Shown: positions 9,861 through 19,219 of the stretch, in pieces | How positions within the stretch are numbered: position 1 is the stretch's first letter | Layout: each line of letters begins with the position of its first letter | NCBI GenBank assembly: GCA_944385095.1 | Contig: CALWVS010000008.1 | Location: 8,400 to 72,399 of the forward strand | DNA length: 64,000 nt | Source: an uncultured Oscillospiraceae bacterium | Lineage (GTDB): Bacteria; Bacillota; Clostridia; Oscillospirales; Oscillospiraceae | Direction of reading: 5' to 3' | Made by a program: the position numbers and the translations under genes | The notes under the pieces: generated by a model | What the model saw: only the letters and a program-made list of their open reading frames with translations | The model's database searches: none | What the model was told of the DNA's origin: nothing

Positions 9861-10922
9861 TTAGAAGGTCAGTTGCTCATATCCACTTTGTCCCTCTGCC
9901 ACACGCAGCCCCAGATGTTCATATGCCTTTTTGGTCACACAGCGACCCCTTGGGGTTCTGGTCAAAAATCCCAACTGCATCAGATAGGGTTCATATACAT
10001 CTTCCAACGTGACAGACTCCTCATTGATGGTGGCTGCCAGTGTCTCCAATCCAACTGGTCCACCCTGATAGTTCTGAATAATACTCAACAGCATTCTGTG
10101 GTCAATGGTATCCAGTCCCAGTGGGTCAATTTCCAGTGCGGTCAGTGCTGCATCTGCCACTTCTTTTGTAATCACGCCTCCAGCCCGTACCTGTGCAAAA
10201 TCCCGCACCCGACGCAGCATTCGGTTGGCAATACGGGGGGTTCCTCTGCTTCTTCTGGCAATTTCCATGGCTCCATCCTGTTCAATGGGCACTTCCAGAA
10301 TTCCGGCGGAGCGTGTGACGATTTTCGCCAGTTCCTCCGGTGTGTACAGCTCCAAGCGCAAAGTCACACCGAAGCGGTCACGCAGAGGAGCAGATAGCTG
10401 CCCTGCCCGTGTGGTGGCTCCAATCAGGGTAAACTTGGGCAAATCCAGCCGCACTGAGTTGGCAGATGGACCTTTGCCAATGATAATATCAATGGCATAG
10501 TCCTCCATAGCTGGATACAGCACTTCCTCCACAGCCCGATTGAGGCGGTGAATTTCATCCACAAACAGAATATCATTTTCATTGAGATTGGTCAATAACG
10601 CAGCCAAATCTCCTGCCTTTTCAATGGCAGGTCCAGAGGTAATGCGCACATTGACCCCCATTTCATTGGCAATGATACAGGAAAGCGTGGTCTTTCCCAG
10701 CCCCGGGGGACCGTGAAGCAGCACATGGTCCAGAGGTTCACTTCTCATTTTTGCAGCCTGAATAAAAACCTCCAGATTTCCTTTCGCCTTTTCCTGTCCG
10801 ATATATTCCCGTAAAGTCTGGGGACGCAGGGAGCCTTCTCCATCGTCCTCCCGTGTATGGCTGGTGGAAACCAGAGGTTCCTCCTCCGGTTCAAATTCCA
10901 CTTCAGAAAAATCAATCGCCAT
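9861..10922 (-). CDS. ruvB: Holliday junction branch migration helicase RuvB
   Basis: [42 protein letters not shown]. Confidence 0.98.
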   Translation of the reverse strand: MAIDFSEVEFEPEEEPLVSTSHTREDDGEGSLRPQTLREYIGQEKAKGNLEVFIQAAKMRSEPLDHVLLHGPPGLGKTTLSCIIANEMGVNVRITSGPAIEKAGDLAALLTNLNENDILFVDEIHRLNRAVEEVLYPAMEDYAIDIIIGKGPSANSVRLDLPKFTLIGATTRAGQLSAPLRDRFGVTLRLELYTPEELAKIVTRSAGILEVPIEQDGAMEIARRSRGTPRIANRMLRRVRDFAQVRAGGVITKEVADAALTALEIDPLGLDTIDHRMLLSIIQNYQGGPVGLETLAATINEESVTLEDVYEPYLMQLGFLTRTPRGRCVTKKAYEHLGLRVAEGQSGYEQLTF

Positions 10923-10934
10923 TGCGTTCCCCCC

Positions 10935-11543
10935 TTATGGCTTCATCATTTTTTTCAGTGCCTGCTTAATCACCTGCTCCAAGGTTAGACCATCCAATGC
11001 AATTCCATTGAGTGCAATGTTAATTTCACTTTGAGAATAGCCCAATACTGCCAGGGCTGCGGCAGCTTCCGAGCGTTTATTCTCTGGAATAATGGTAATT
11101 CCTGTGCCACCATAGGTCTCCCCCTGCATGGAGATGGTCTGTCCCTTTGCCAGCTTGTCTTTCAATTCCAAAATAATCCGTTGAGCAATCTTCTTTCCAA
11201 TCCCCTGTGCACAGGTCAACGCCTTCTCATCTCCTGTGATGATGGACAGTGCCAGATTTGCCGGTGTACTGGCTGACAAAATGGACAGTGCCGCTTTTGG
11301 TCCCACACCGGAAACAGAAATCAACTGTTGAAACAGATTCAGCTCCTCCTGTGTGGCAAATCCAAACAGCTCCATGGCATCCTCTCTCACATAGAGGTGG
11401 GTAAACACTTTGCCCTGTTCTCCTACTCTCAGTGCTGACTGGGTATAACTGGTGGTGCGGCAGGCGTATCCCACACCGCCGCAATCCATAACCACCAGAT
11501 TTGCGTCCAGATGTGCCACCATTCCTTTTAAATAATAAAACAT
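10935..11543 (-). CDS. ruvA: Holliday junction DNA-binding protein RuvA
   Basis: GVGY, VREDA..LFGF, VSGVGPK, GIGKKIAQRI, LGYS. Confidence 0.97.
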   Translation of the reverse strand: MFYYLKGMVAHLDANLVVMDCGGVGYACRTTSYTQSALRVGEQGKVFTHLYVREDAMELFGFATQEELNLFQQLISVSGVGPKAALSILSASTPANLALSIITGDEKALTCAQGIGKKIAQRIILELKDKLAKGQTISMQGETYGGTGITIIPENKRSEAAAALAVLGYSQSEINIALNGIALDGLTLEQVIKQALKKMMKP

Positions 11544-11560
11544 AAATTCGATTCCTTTCC

Positions 11561-12082
11561 CTATCTTGTCTGGTATTGCTCAGGGTGAAACTCCCGCTCT
11601 CGATTCAAAAGGGAGGTGGCAGCCCGTCCATGACAGATTGCAATGGCCAGTGCATCTGCGGCATCATCCGGTCTTGGAATTTGCTTCATATGTAATAACC
11701 GCTGGGTCATTTTCATAACCTGCTTTTTATCTGCACCTCCATACCCTGCCACTGCCTGTTTCACCTGCATGGGGGTATATTCATAAATGGGCACCCCAAA
11801 TTCCTCGGCTGCCAGCAAAATGACCCCTCTGCCGTGGGCAACGGAAATACCAGTTGTAATATTTTTAGAGAAAAATAACTCCTCAATGGCCAGCTCCTCC
11901 GGCTGAAACTGCTTTAACAGTTGTTGCATATCCTGTGAAATCTGCAACAGACGGCTGGCAAGTGGAATCCCCGGTGGGGTACTGATGACCCCATACTGCA
12001 ACAGAGTGTTTTTCTGCCGCTGTGCTTCAATCAGCCCAAACCCAATGGTGGCAACCCCCGGGTCAATGCCTAAAATCCGCAT
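11561..12082 (-). CDS. ruvC: Holliday junction resolvase RuvC
   Basis: ILGIDPG, IEELFF, YTPMQVKQAV.GYG.ADK.QV, DDAADALA. Confidence 0.97.
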   Translation of the reverse strand: MRILGIDPGVATIGFGLIEAQRQKNTLLQYGVISTPPGIPLASRLLQISQDMQQLLKQFQPEELAIEELFFSKNITTGISVAHGRGVILLAAEEFGVPIYEYTPMQVKQAVAGYGGADKKQVMKMTQRLLHMKQIPRPDDAADALAIAICHGRAATSLLNREREFHPEQYQTR

Positions 12083-12159
12083 GGAGACCTCCTACACAAA
12101 CAAAGATACGAGTACAGTGTACCACACTTTTCTCCTCTTGGAAAGAGGCGATTTTTCTC

Positions 12160-12188
12160 TTGACAGTGACTCTAAATCTGTCTACCAT
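12160..12188 (+). promoter_or_regulatory. SigA-type promoter of the nitroreductase gene
   Basis: TTGACA-17 bp-TACCAT; AAGGAGG SD upstream of the ATG at 12224. Confidence 0.75.
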
Positions 12189-12223
12189 AAAGATAAACCA
12201 GTCTATAAGGAGGAATTTAGCCA

Positions 12224-12766
12224 ATGGACACCAATACTTGTATCCGCACACGCCGCAGTGTGCGCAGCTTCACAGAGGAGCCTGTGAGCCACGCTCTGCT
12301 GGAGGAGATTATTTCCGTTGCTTCCTATGCCCCCAGTTGGAAAAACACTCAAATCAGCCGCTATATTGCCATTGAAACCAGAGAGACTATGGACTACATT
12401 GCAGACCACTTCTGTATGTCCTTTTCCCACAATGCCAATATCATCAAAGGCAGTCCCTTGTTAATTGCACAGACTTTTGTGAAAAACCGCAGCGGTTTCA
12501 CCCGGGAAGGCACCTATGATACCGACCGTGGAGAGGGCTAGCAATATTATGACTGTGGCATTGCTGCCCAAACCTTCTGTCTGGCTGCCCACGAAGCCGG
12601 GCTTGGCTCTGTGATTTTGGGTGTCTTTGACCGTCTGGCTCTACAAGAGTATCTGCAAATTCCACCAGAACAGGAACTGATGGCTCTCATCGCTGTGGGA
12701 CACCCTGCCGCAGAGTCCCCAGCCCCCAAACGCAAAGAGGTATCAGATCTTCTGAGTTACCGATAA
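12224..12766 (+). pseudogene. Nitroreductase family gene interrupted by a single in-frame TAG (12539-12541)
   Basis: N-half has RRSVRSF and APSWKN. The same frame continues after TAG as QYYDCGIAAQTFCLAAHEAGLGSVILG...LIAVGHP...PKRK to TAA at 12764-12766 (181 codons in total). Confidence 0.85.
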
Positions 12767-12804
12767 AAAAGGGTAAGAAACGCAAATCTCCGATTTCAGA
12801 AAAC

Positions 12805-12849
12805 AAATCCAAGCAGGAAGTCGCAATAATCGCCCTCCTGCTTGGATTT
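12805..12849. terminator. Hairpin between convergent nitroreductase and RM-cassette genes
   Basis: AAATCCAAGCAGGA...TCCTGCTTGGATTT 14-bp inverted repeat. Confidence 0.7.
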
Positions 12850-12910
12850 TCTAATTTTTACGATTCTTTTCAAGCGGATTTTTATCTTTAAAAATTGATA
12901 CCAGCGATTA

Positions 12911-14176
12911 TCAATCATCAATAATGCTCAAAATCCAGTTCACCCAAGCGGTGATTGTAGAAGCTCTCCTAGCATATGTATTTTCAGATCCTATATGGTA
13001 GAGGTTTGAGTCTCTCATAATTTGTACAATTTTCTTTGTAGAAGGTATCTCTCCACACTTCAAATATAATTTGAGGGTTTCATTAAAAACACGATGTATC
13101 AAAATCTGTCTTGCAATAGCTAGTTGACGCTCCTTATATGGCAAACGCATAATTTTATACCCTACAGACGATAACTTGAATATTATATTTTTATTCGATT
13201 CCTTATCGATCAGTCCCAAGTATCTACATGCATCCGTGTAATAATTGGTCTGACGTTCATCAAATGCATATTCTGAAGTAATCTCATGTTTGGTCATGGG
13301 TTTTTCGTATAGCAGTTCCACAAGGTTTATGATTCTTATCATGCTGTTTGCTTGAGGAAATGAGACTGCTGGTTCAACTATCAATTGTAATGAATAAAGC
13401 AAATTTTCAATGTCTGACAACTGAATTTTAGTTGCAATCATATAGTTTTTTTGCTTTACTAATCTAAGTGAATTGTATCCCTGTACATCATCAAATTGGT
13501 ACTGATAAAGGTTAAATATTCCATTTGAAAAGATTAGAAAAATCGACTTTACAGTCTTAGTAACCCTATTACTCCAAACACGAAACGGATAATATAGTTG
13601 ACGCACAAGAAAATCATCTGACAAGTCCCTTTTTGCTTCAAACAAGGAGAGATAGTTGATTCCTTCATATGCAGCATCAATCTCAATCTGGGAGTTAACA
13701 ACAGACACTATTCTTGTACCTAATGTAGTGTCAATCTTGAAGTCAAACTCACCTGAACTCATACGTCCACTAACGGTCGGCACTAATTCCTCATCTTCTA
13801 AAAAATCTTCTAAAATTCCACACGCATTCGCACAGTTCAGTGCAATGGCTTCACTAACTATAAATTGTGGCATCAAACTTTGAATATGCGATGGAATCGA
13901 AATCCTCTCAACTTCTCCAGATGGTGGATCAAATTGTTTGTAAGCTGAAAAAGAAGATATACTATAGTCACCACGGGTAACTGGTAAAATCGCCAATTGG
14001 TTTTCTGCAAAAATCTTTGGCAAGTTGACTTTGTGGTCAAACTTAGTCATCAATCTTGGTTCTCGAAATTCTTTAATCTGATTAGCTGAAATAATGAATT
14101 GACCATTTCTTTCAATCTCGTCAAGTATATGATATTTAATAAAGAGTTTTTCCCAGGCAGCATCATTCTTTCCCAT
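12911..14176 (-). CDS. Putative restriction endonuclease (PD-(D/E)XK-like core, C-terminal winged-helix-like region)
   Basis: Start MGKNDAAWEKLF at 14176 overlaps the MTase stop by 14 nt. The central motif QIEIDAAYEG...LFEAK fits D-x(n)-E-x-K. AT-rich, and adjacent to a DNA methyltransferase. Confidence 0.6.
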   Translation of the reverse strand: MGKNDAAWEKLFIKYHILDEIERNGQFIISANQIKEFREPRLMTKFDHKVNLPKIFAENQLAILPVTRGDYSISSFSAYKQFDPPSGEVERISIPSHIQSLMPQFIVSEAIALNCANACGILEDFLEDEELVPTVSGRMSSGEFDFKIDTTLGTRIVSVVNSQIEIDAAYEGINYLSLFEAKRDLSDDFLVRQLYYPFRVWSNRVTKTVKSIFLIFSNGIFNLYQYQFDDVQGYNSLRLVKQKNYMIATKIQLSDIENLLYSLQLIVEPAVSFPQANSMIRIINLVELLYEKPMTKHEITSEYAFDERQTNYYTDACRYLGLIDKESNKNIIFKLSSVGYKIMRLPYKERQLAIARQILIHRVFNETLKLYLKCGEIPSTKKIVQIMRDSNLYHIGSENTYARRASTITAWVNWILSIIDD

Positions 14177-15005
14177 AATTTCTAACAAGCACCTCCTCAA
14201 TAGAGCCACGCTTGCTTGCATCGGCATTAATTGCCCTTTTGGCTTTTACTATGGTAATATCATAGTCCTTGTACAACTCTTTAATGAACCCTGTTGCTGA
14301 ATTTGAGAGCATAAATCTGATCCCATTTTTAGTTAACTCATCACAGCATTCCTTTAATCTGATTTGTTCATCTTTGCCGAATCCGCCTTTGTTATATCCT
14401 GTAAAACTTGCTGTATCTGAGACTGGATCATAGGGTGGATCAAGGTATACAAAACCACCTTTTCTTACTCGTTTAAGCGTCTGGGAAAAATCTTCATTGC
14501 AAAATGTGATATGACTGGCATTAAAGTATTTACTAACGGCCCTAAGTACAGGCTCATTGACAATGTTTGGATTTCTATAATGACCAAAAGGAGAATTAAA
14601 TTCACCAGATGAATTTACTCTAAACAACCCATTAAAACAGGTCTTGTTAAGATAAATTAGTCTTGAAGCTCTTTCAATTTCAGACATACTTTGGTATCTC
14701 TCTTTATCCCTATCCATATCTCGGATAGTATAGAAATATTCTGGAGTATTTTCGTGTCGTTTTAATTCTTCCAGTAATTTCTCAATATCATCTCTAATAA
14801 CCTTATATACTGTAATTAAATCACTGTTTAGATCGTTCACAATTGCCCTTGTTGGCTGAATTGAAAATAACACTGCTCCACCACCCAAAAATGGTTCACA
14901 ATATGATGTTATCCGCTTAGGAAGTAAAGGAGTAATCTCGCCCAAAAGTTGACGTTTACCTCCAACCCATTTCACAACTGGGGCAACTAACTTATTTTTT
15001 GCCAT
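14163..15005 (-). CDS. dam: Dam-family (D12 class) N6-adenine DNA methyltransferase
   Basis: KWVGGKRQL, EPFLGGGAV, ND.NSDLI, YLN.TCFNGLFRVN.SG.FN.PFG, YLDPPY and MLSNS motifs; start MAKNK with AAGGAGG SD. Confidence 0.95.
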   Translation of the reverse strand: MAKNKLVAPVVKWVGGKRQLLGEITPLLPKRITSYCEPFLGGGAVLFSIQPTRAIVNDLNSDLITVYKVIRDDIEKLLEELKRHENTPEYFYTIRDMDRDKERYQSMSEIERASRLIYLNKTCFNGLFRVNSSGEFNSPFGHYRNPNIVNEPVLRAVSKYFNASHITFCNEDFSQTLKRVRKGGFVYLDPPYDPVSDTASFTGYNKGGFGKDEQIRLKECCDELTKNGIRFMLSNSATGFIKELYKDYDITIVKAKRAINADASKRGSIEEVLVRNYGKE

Positions 15006-15038
15006 AGTACATGCCTCCTTCGCAGCCAAACATCTTTC

Positions 15039-15067
15039 ATTGTATCATAACTATTTTTTTCTAACAA
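15039..15067 (-). promoter_or_regulatory. SigA-type promoter of the MTase-nuclease cassette
   Basis: TTGTTA-17 bp-TACAAT with TG extended -10. Confidence 0.6.
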
Positions 15068-15134
15068 CTATTTTTCTATTAAATTTGACTTCGTATATGT
15101 GTTTTTCATTATGGTTACTTCATACCATAAAACG

Positions 15135-15158
15135 GGTCGCAGTCATTTGACTGCGACC
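15135..15158 (-). terminator. Intrinsic terminator after sulP
   Basis: GGTCGCAGTCA-tt-TGACTGCGACC, followed by CGTTTT on the minus strand. Confidence 0.75.
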
Positions 15159-15192
15159 TGCTCATCATTGAAAAATGATCCCATTACTACCC

Positions 15193-16824
15193 TTATAACT
15201 GTGCCGCTTTTTCCAATGCTTCATCAATGTTGGCACAAAAATAGTCTGCACCTCCCACTGCATCATAGAACCCAGCTTTTTTCATCACAGACATGGGCTG
15301 TTCATTCACATGGGAAAAAATCAGTTCAATGCGGTGGTGGCGGCACTCCTCCCACAGTCTGCACAGACTGTTCAATGCAGTGATGTCCAGTGCTGGCACA
15401 CTGCGCATACGCAAAATCATTACCCTGCGGCGTTCCCCAGGCTGAATGTGGGGAATCTGGTCAGCAGCACCAAAGAACATGGGACCGGTAATCTCATAGA
15501 CCATCACATGGCTGGGGACGGGACGATACCGCCCCTGTTCGTCCTTATCATCTTCTATGTATTTCCATTCTTCAATCACTGCCACATCTGCCATCCGCTT
15601 CATAAACAGCAGGCAGGCAAGGGACAACCCCACCCCAATGGCAACCACAAGGTCAAATACCACCGTCAGGAAAAAGGTAAGTAACAAAACTGCACTATCA
15701 CTTTTGGGGGATTGGCGCAATACACGGACAAACACCCGCCAGCCGCTCATATTGTATGCCACCAAAAACAGAATCGCAGCAATACAAGGCATGGGAATCA
15801 GGGCTGCATATGGCATTAAAAATACCAGTGTCAACAGCAGTACCACAGCATGAATCATACCTGAAATGGGGGTCGTACCGCCATTTTTGATGTTGGCAGC
15901 GGTGCGGGCAATGGCTCCCGTGGCAGGAATGCCACCAAACAGCGCAGAGGCAGTATTGCCCACGCCCTGCGCCACCAGCTCCATGTTGGAATTGTGACGA
16001 GAGCCTATCATCTCATCTGCTACCACACAGGACAACAGCGACTCAATGGCTGCCAGAATGGCAATGGTAAAGGCATCTGGCAGCACCGCAGCCACGGTTT
16101 CATAAGAAAATTCTGGGATTGTCAGCTTGGGCAGTTCCCCAGAAATGGTGTATAAATCCCCAATGGTATTCACTGGCAAATCCAGCAGCTTTACCATAGC
16201 AGAGGTGACAATCACTGCAATCAAAGAAGCAGGCACACGCTGTACAAAGCGAGGCCACACAATCTGGATGACCAGTGCCACACAGCCAACCAAAATGGCG
16301 TATCCACTGGCAGTCCCAATACATGCCACAAATTCCTCCAGTTTCTCAACTGTCTCAATAGGGGAATGGTTGAAGGTGACGCCAAAAAAATCCTTTAACT
16401 GCCCAACCAGAATGGTCACAGCAATACCAGCGGTAAAACCGGTGGTGATGGTGTATGGGATAAACTTAATCATGGTTCCCATCCGCAAAACACCCATTAA
16501 AATCAGCAGAACACCTGCCAGCACAGTGGCCACCGCCAGACCATCCATACCATTTCTTGCCACAATGCCTGCCACAATGGCAGCAAATGCCGCAGTGGGT
16601 CCTGCAATCTGCACCTTACTGCCACCCAGTGCAGAAATCAGAAACCCTGCCACAATAGCAGTATACAGACCCTGCTCTGGTGACACACCAGAGGCAAGTG
16701 CCAATGCAATGGACAGGGGCAGGGCAATAATTGCCACAATTACACCGGCAATCAGGTCTTTGGTGAATTTTGCCCCTGAATACTCCTTCAGAGACAACAA
16801 AAGCTGAGGACACAATCTTTCCAC
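15193..16824 (-). CDS. SulP/SLC26 family anion transporter with STAS domain
   Basis: DLIAG..VAIIALPLSIALA, GLYTA, GPT, ESLLS, ELVAQG, GAIARTA and C-terminal GPMFFGAA..LDITA STAS motifs. Confidence 0.95.
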   Translation of the reverse strand: MERLCPQLLLSLKEYSGAKFTKDLIAGVIVAIIALPLSIALALASGVSPEQGLYTAIVAGFLISALGGSKVQIAGPTAAFAAIVAGIVARNGMDGLAVATVLAGVLLILMGVLRMGTMIKFIPYTITTGFTAGIAVTILVGQLKDFFGVTFNHSPIETVEKLEEFVACIGTASGYAILVGCVALVIQIVWPRFVQRVPASLIAVIVTSAMVKLLDLPVNTIGDLYTISGELPKLTIPEFSYETVAAVLPDAFTIAILAAIESLLSCVVADEMIGSRHNSNMELVAQGVGNTASALFGGIPATGAIARTAANIKNGGTTPISGMIHAVVLLLTLVFLMPYAALIPMPCIAAILFLVAYNMSGWRVFVRVLRQSPKSDSAVLLLTFFLTVVFDLVVAIGVGLSLACLLFMKRMADVAVIEEWKYIEDDKDEQGRYRPVPSHVMVYEITGPMFFGAADQIPHIQPGERRRVMILRMRSVPALDITALNSLCRLWEECRHHRIELIFSHVNEQPMSVMKKAGFYDAVGGADYFCANIDEALEKAAQL

Positions 16825-16925
16825 GTTTTCTCTCTCCTTTTTCTTTGGGGAAGGGATGCCCCATCAGTCCTCACACAGGCAGCCCCTTCCATTCTGCTGT
16901 TGTTATCACAGCAACCACAGCCTCT

Positions 16926-16954
16926 ATCATACTCAAGTTTTTTCTGGAATGCAA
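16926..16954 (-). promoter_or_regulatory. SigA-type promoter of sulP
   Basis: TTGCAT-17 bp-TATGAT. Confidence 0.65.
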
Positions 16955-16982
16955 GCAGTCTGGAATACTTTTGAAAAAAATT

Positions 16983-17019
16983 TTCGGTAGAGCCTGTATG
17001 ACCTCCAGACTCTACCGAA
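16983..17019 (-). terminator. Hairpin immediately after tepA
   Basis: TTCGGTAGAG...CTCTACCGAA 10-bp inverted repeat. Confidence 0.55.
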
Positions 17020-17022
17020 TAT

Positions 17023-17712
17023 TTACTGGTTGTTTTCCTGTTTTCTCTGTGCAATCATCCTGTGGAGACAGTCCAATGCAGCGGACAATCCACCAATTTC
17101 ATCAATTAACCCCAGTTCTACTGCTTCCCCACCGTAAATCACACTGCCCACATCTGCGGCCAGTTCCCCGGTCTGCATCATCATTTTGGTAAACACTTCC
17201 CGTTTCATGTGGCTGTTTGCAGTGACAAACTGGATAATACGCTCCTGTACCCGTTCAAAGTAGTAGAAAGTCTGAGGTGCACCAATCACCAGCCCATTCA
17301 GACGCACTGGATGGATGGTCATGGCAGCCGATGGGGCAATGAAGGATTTTTTTGCTGAAACTGCCAGAGGCACCCCAATGGAGTGCCCACCACCCAGCAC
17401 CAGAGAGACTGTGGGTTTGGACATCCCTGCAATCAGCTCAGAAATGGCAAGCCCTGCCTCAATGTCACCCCCCACGGTATTGAGCAGCACCAACAGCCCA
17501 TCAATTTCCTCGCTCTCCTCTACCATGGCAAGCAGGGGCATGACGTGCTCATATTTTGTGCTTTTGTCGCTGGGTGGTAACACCTGATGCCCTTCAATCT
17601 GCCCTACAATGGTTAGCACATGAATGGTTCCACATTTTGTCTGCACCAGAGAGGAACCAAAGTCCATAATATTTTGAGCTGTAGTTCCCTGTGTCTGTTC
17701 CTGTTCGTCCAT
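17023..17712 (-). CDS. tepA: ClpP-like protease TepA (sporulation-associated)
   Basis: GQIEGH..LP...TKYEH, LNTVGGD.EAGLAI, GGGHSIGVP and MTIHP motifs. Confidence 0.85.
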   Translation of the reverse strand: MDEQEQTQGTTAQNIMDFGSSLVQTKCGTIHVLTIVGQIEGHQVLPPSDKSTKYEHVMPLLAMVEESEEIDGLLVLLNTVGGDIEAGLAISELIAGMSKPTVSLVLGGGHSIGVPLAVSAKKSFIAPSAAMTIHPVRLNGLVIGAPQTFYYFERVQERIIQFVTANSHMKREVFTKMMMQTGELAADVGSVIYGGEAVELGLIDEIGGLSAALDCLHRMIAQRKQENNQ

Positions 17713-17766
17713 ATCTGCACACTCCTTTCCCAGATAGGGTGTGCAGTTTATTGAAAATTACACACA

Positions 17767-17798
17767 AAAAGGGGGAATCCCGCAAGATTCCCCCTTTT
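17767..17798 (-). terminator. Intrinsic terminator after the aminopeptidase gene
   Basis: AAAAGGGGGAATC...GATTCCCCCTTTT 13-bp stem. Confidence 0.8.
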
Positions 17799-17802
17799 CT
17801 GC

Positions 17803-19215
17803 TTATTTTGCCTCAAAAATTGCCTTCATGCCCTTAAAGGTCATATAGCAGTCCAGCTTGCCCACAGTCTCAAATGGGGCGTGCATGGACAGAACAGGAA
17901 CACCTGCATCCAGTGTATCAATGTTCCGCTCTGCCATATACATGGCAACTGTTCCGCCACCGCCGGCATCCACCTTGCCCAGCTCCGCAGTCTGCCAAAG
18001 TACATCGGCTTCATCAAAGATGCTGCGCACCTTTGCCACCACCTCAGCAGAGGCATCCGAGGCACCAGACTTACCACGGGAACCGGTATACTTGCAAATT
18101 CCAATGCCATAGTTGACCAGTGCGCTGTTGCGCTTCTCATACACATCTGCAAAGTTGGGGTCATAGGCGGCAGTCACATCCGCAGACAGGCAGAAGGAGT
18201 GCTCATAGCAGACACGCAGAGGCACATTCTGCCCTGCGCACAAATCCTCCATAAAGGTATCAAAAGCAGCAGATTTCATACCGGTGACACCTTCTGAGCC
18301 GATTTCCTCCTTATCAGCCAGCATACAGATGGCAGTCCGCTCTGGATGCTCCACCTGTAAAATGGCAGCCAGGGCAGCATAGGAACACACACGGTCATCA
18401 TGCCCATATGCTCCAATCATAGAGCGGTCAAATCCCACATCACTGGCTTTGAATGCAGGCACCACGCTCAGTTCTGCGCTGACAAAATCCTCCTCTACAA
18501 TGCCATATCTCTTATGAAGCAATTCCAATGTGCAGAGTTTCACACGGTTTTCACCCTCATCATCGGCAAAAGGACGGCTTCCCACCAAAATGTTCAGACT
18601 TTCACCGGGAATGGCTTCACCCAAAGGCTTCTTGGACTGCTCCACACCCAGATGAGGCAGCAAATCATCAATGGTAAACACAGGGTCTCCCTCTCCGTTG
18701 CCCACGGACACACGGATGGTCTCCCCATTTTTCAGCACCACCACACCATGCAGTTCCAGAGGAATGGCAACCCATTGATATTTACGGATTCCGCCATAGT
18801 AGTGGGTTTTCAGGAATGCCAGTTCATCTGCCTCATAGAGGGGGTTCTGCTTCATGTCAATACGGGGGGCATCAATATGGGCAGCTCCAATGCTGACACC
18901 ATGCTCCAGCCCTTTCTGACCCATTACAGCCAACACAATCGCCTTTCCACGGTTGACCTGATAGACCTTGTCCCCTGCCTTCAGCTCCATGCCACGCTTG
19001 TACTCTTTGAAGCCAGCCGCTTCTGCCAGTCGAATGGTGTAGTCCACACACTCACGTTCTGTCTTGCCAGCATCCAAAAACTGTTTATAGCCGATGCTGT
19101 ACGTCTCCATCGCCTCCAGCTCTGCTGCCTCTACCTTGTCATAACCATTTTTTTTGGTATAACAAAGAGCCTTGCGAAGCTGCTCTCCACGGGTCATTTT
19201 CTTTTCTTCTGACAT
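17803..19215 (-). CDS. M18 family aminopeptidase
   Basis: KTERE, AHIDAPR, YYGGIRKYQW, GHDDRVC, DKEEIGS, SADV, SMHAP. Confidence 0.93.
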   Translation of the reverse strand: MSEEKKMTRGEQLRKALCYTKKNGYDKVEAAELEAMETYSIGYKQFLDAGKTERECVDYTIRLAEAAGFKEYKRGMELKAGDKVYQVNRGKAIVLAVMGQKGLEHGVSIGAAHIDAPRIDMKQNPLYEADELAFLKTHYYGGIRKYQWVAIPLELHGVVVLKNGETIRVSVGNGEGDPVFTIDDLLPHLGVEQSKKPLGEAIPGESLNILVGSRPFADDEGENRVKLCTLELLHKRYGIVEEDFVSAELSVVPAFKASDVGFDRSMIGAYGHDDRVCSYAALAAILQVEHPERTAICMLADKEEIGSEGVTGMKSAAFDTFMEDLCAGQNVPLRVCYEHSFCLSADVTAAYDPNFADVYEKRNSALVNYGIGICKYTGSRGKSGASDASAEVVAKVRSIFDEADVLWQTAELGKVDAGGGGTVAMYMAERNIDTLDAGVPVLSMHAPFETVGKLDCYMTFKGMKAIFEAK

Positions 19216-19219
19216 GTTC

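Noticed and set aside
12083-12140. LexA/SOS box upstream of ruvCAB (also checked before uvrC)
   Set aside because: No GAAC-N4-GTTC found; only a short GTACA-g-TGTAC palindrome overlapping the -10, too short to call.
12539-12541. Genome-wide TAG reassignment
   Set aside because: TAG is the normal stop of rnhB, ruvC, hflX and the histidine kinase, and an intact prfA (RF1) is present.
16860-16875. Hammerhead or fluoride-riboswitch core in the sulP leader (CTGATGG)
   Set aside because: CTGATGA and GAAA core residues, and the GATGG-GTTC/CTAATGAC elements, are not present in the right arrangement.
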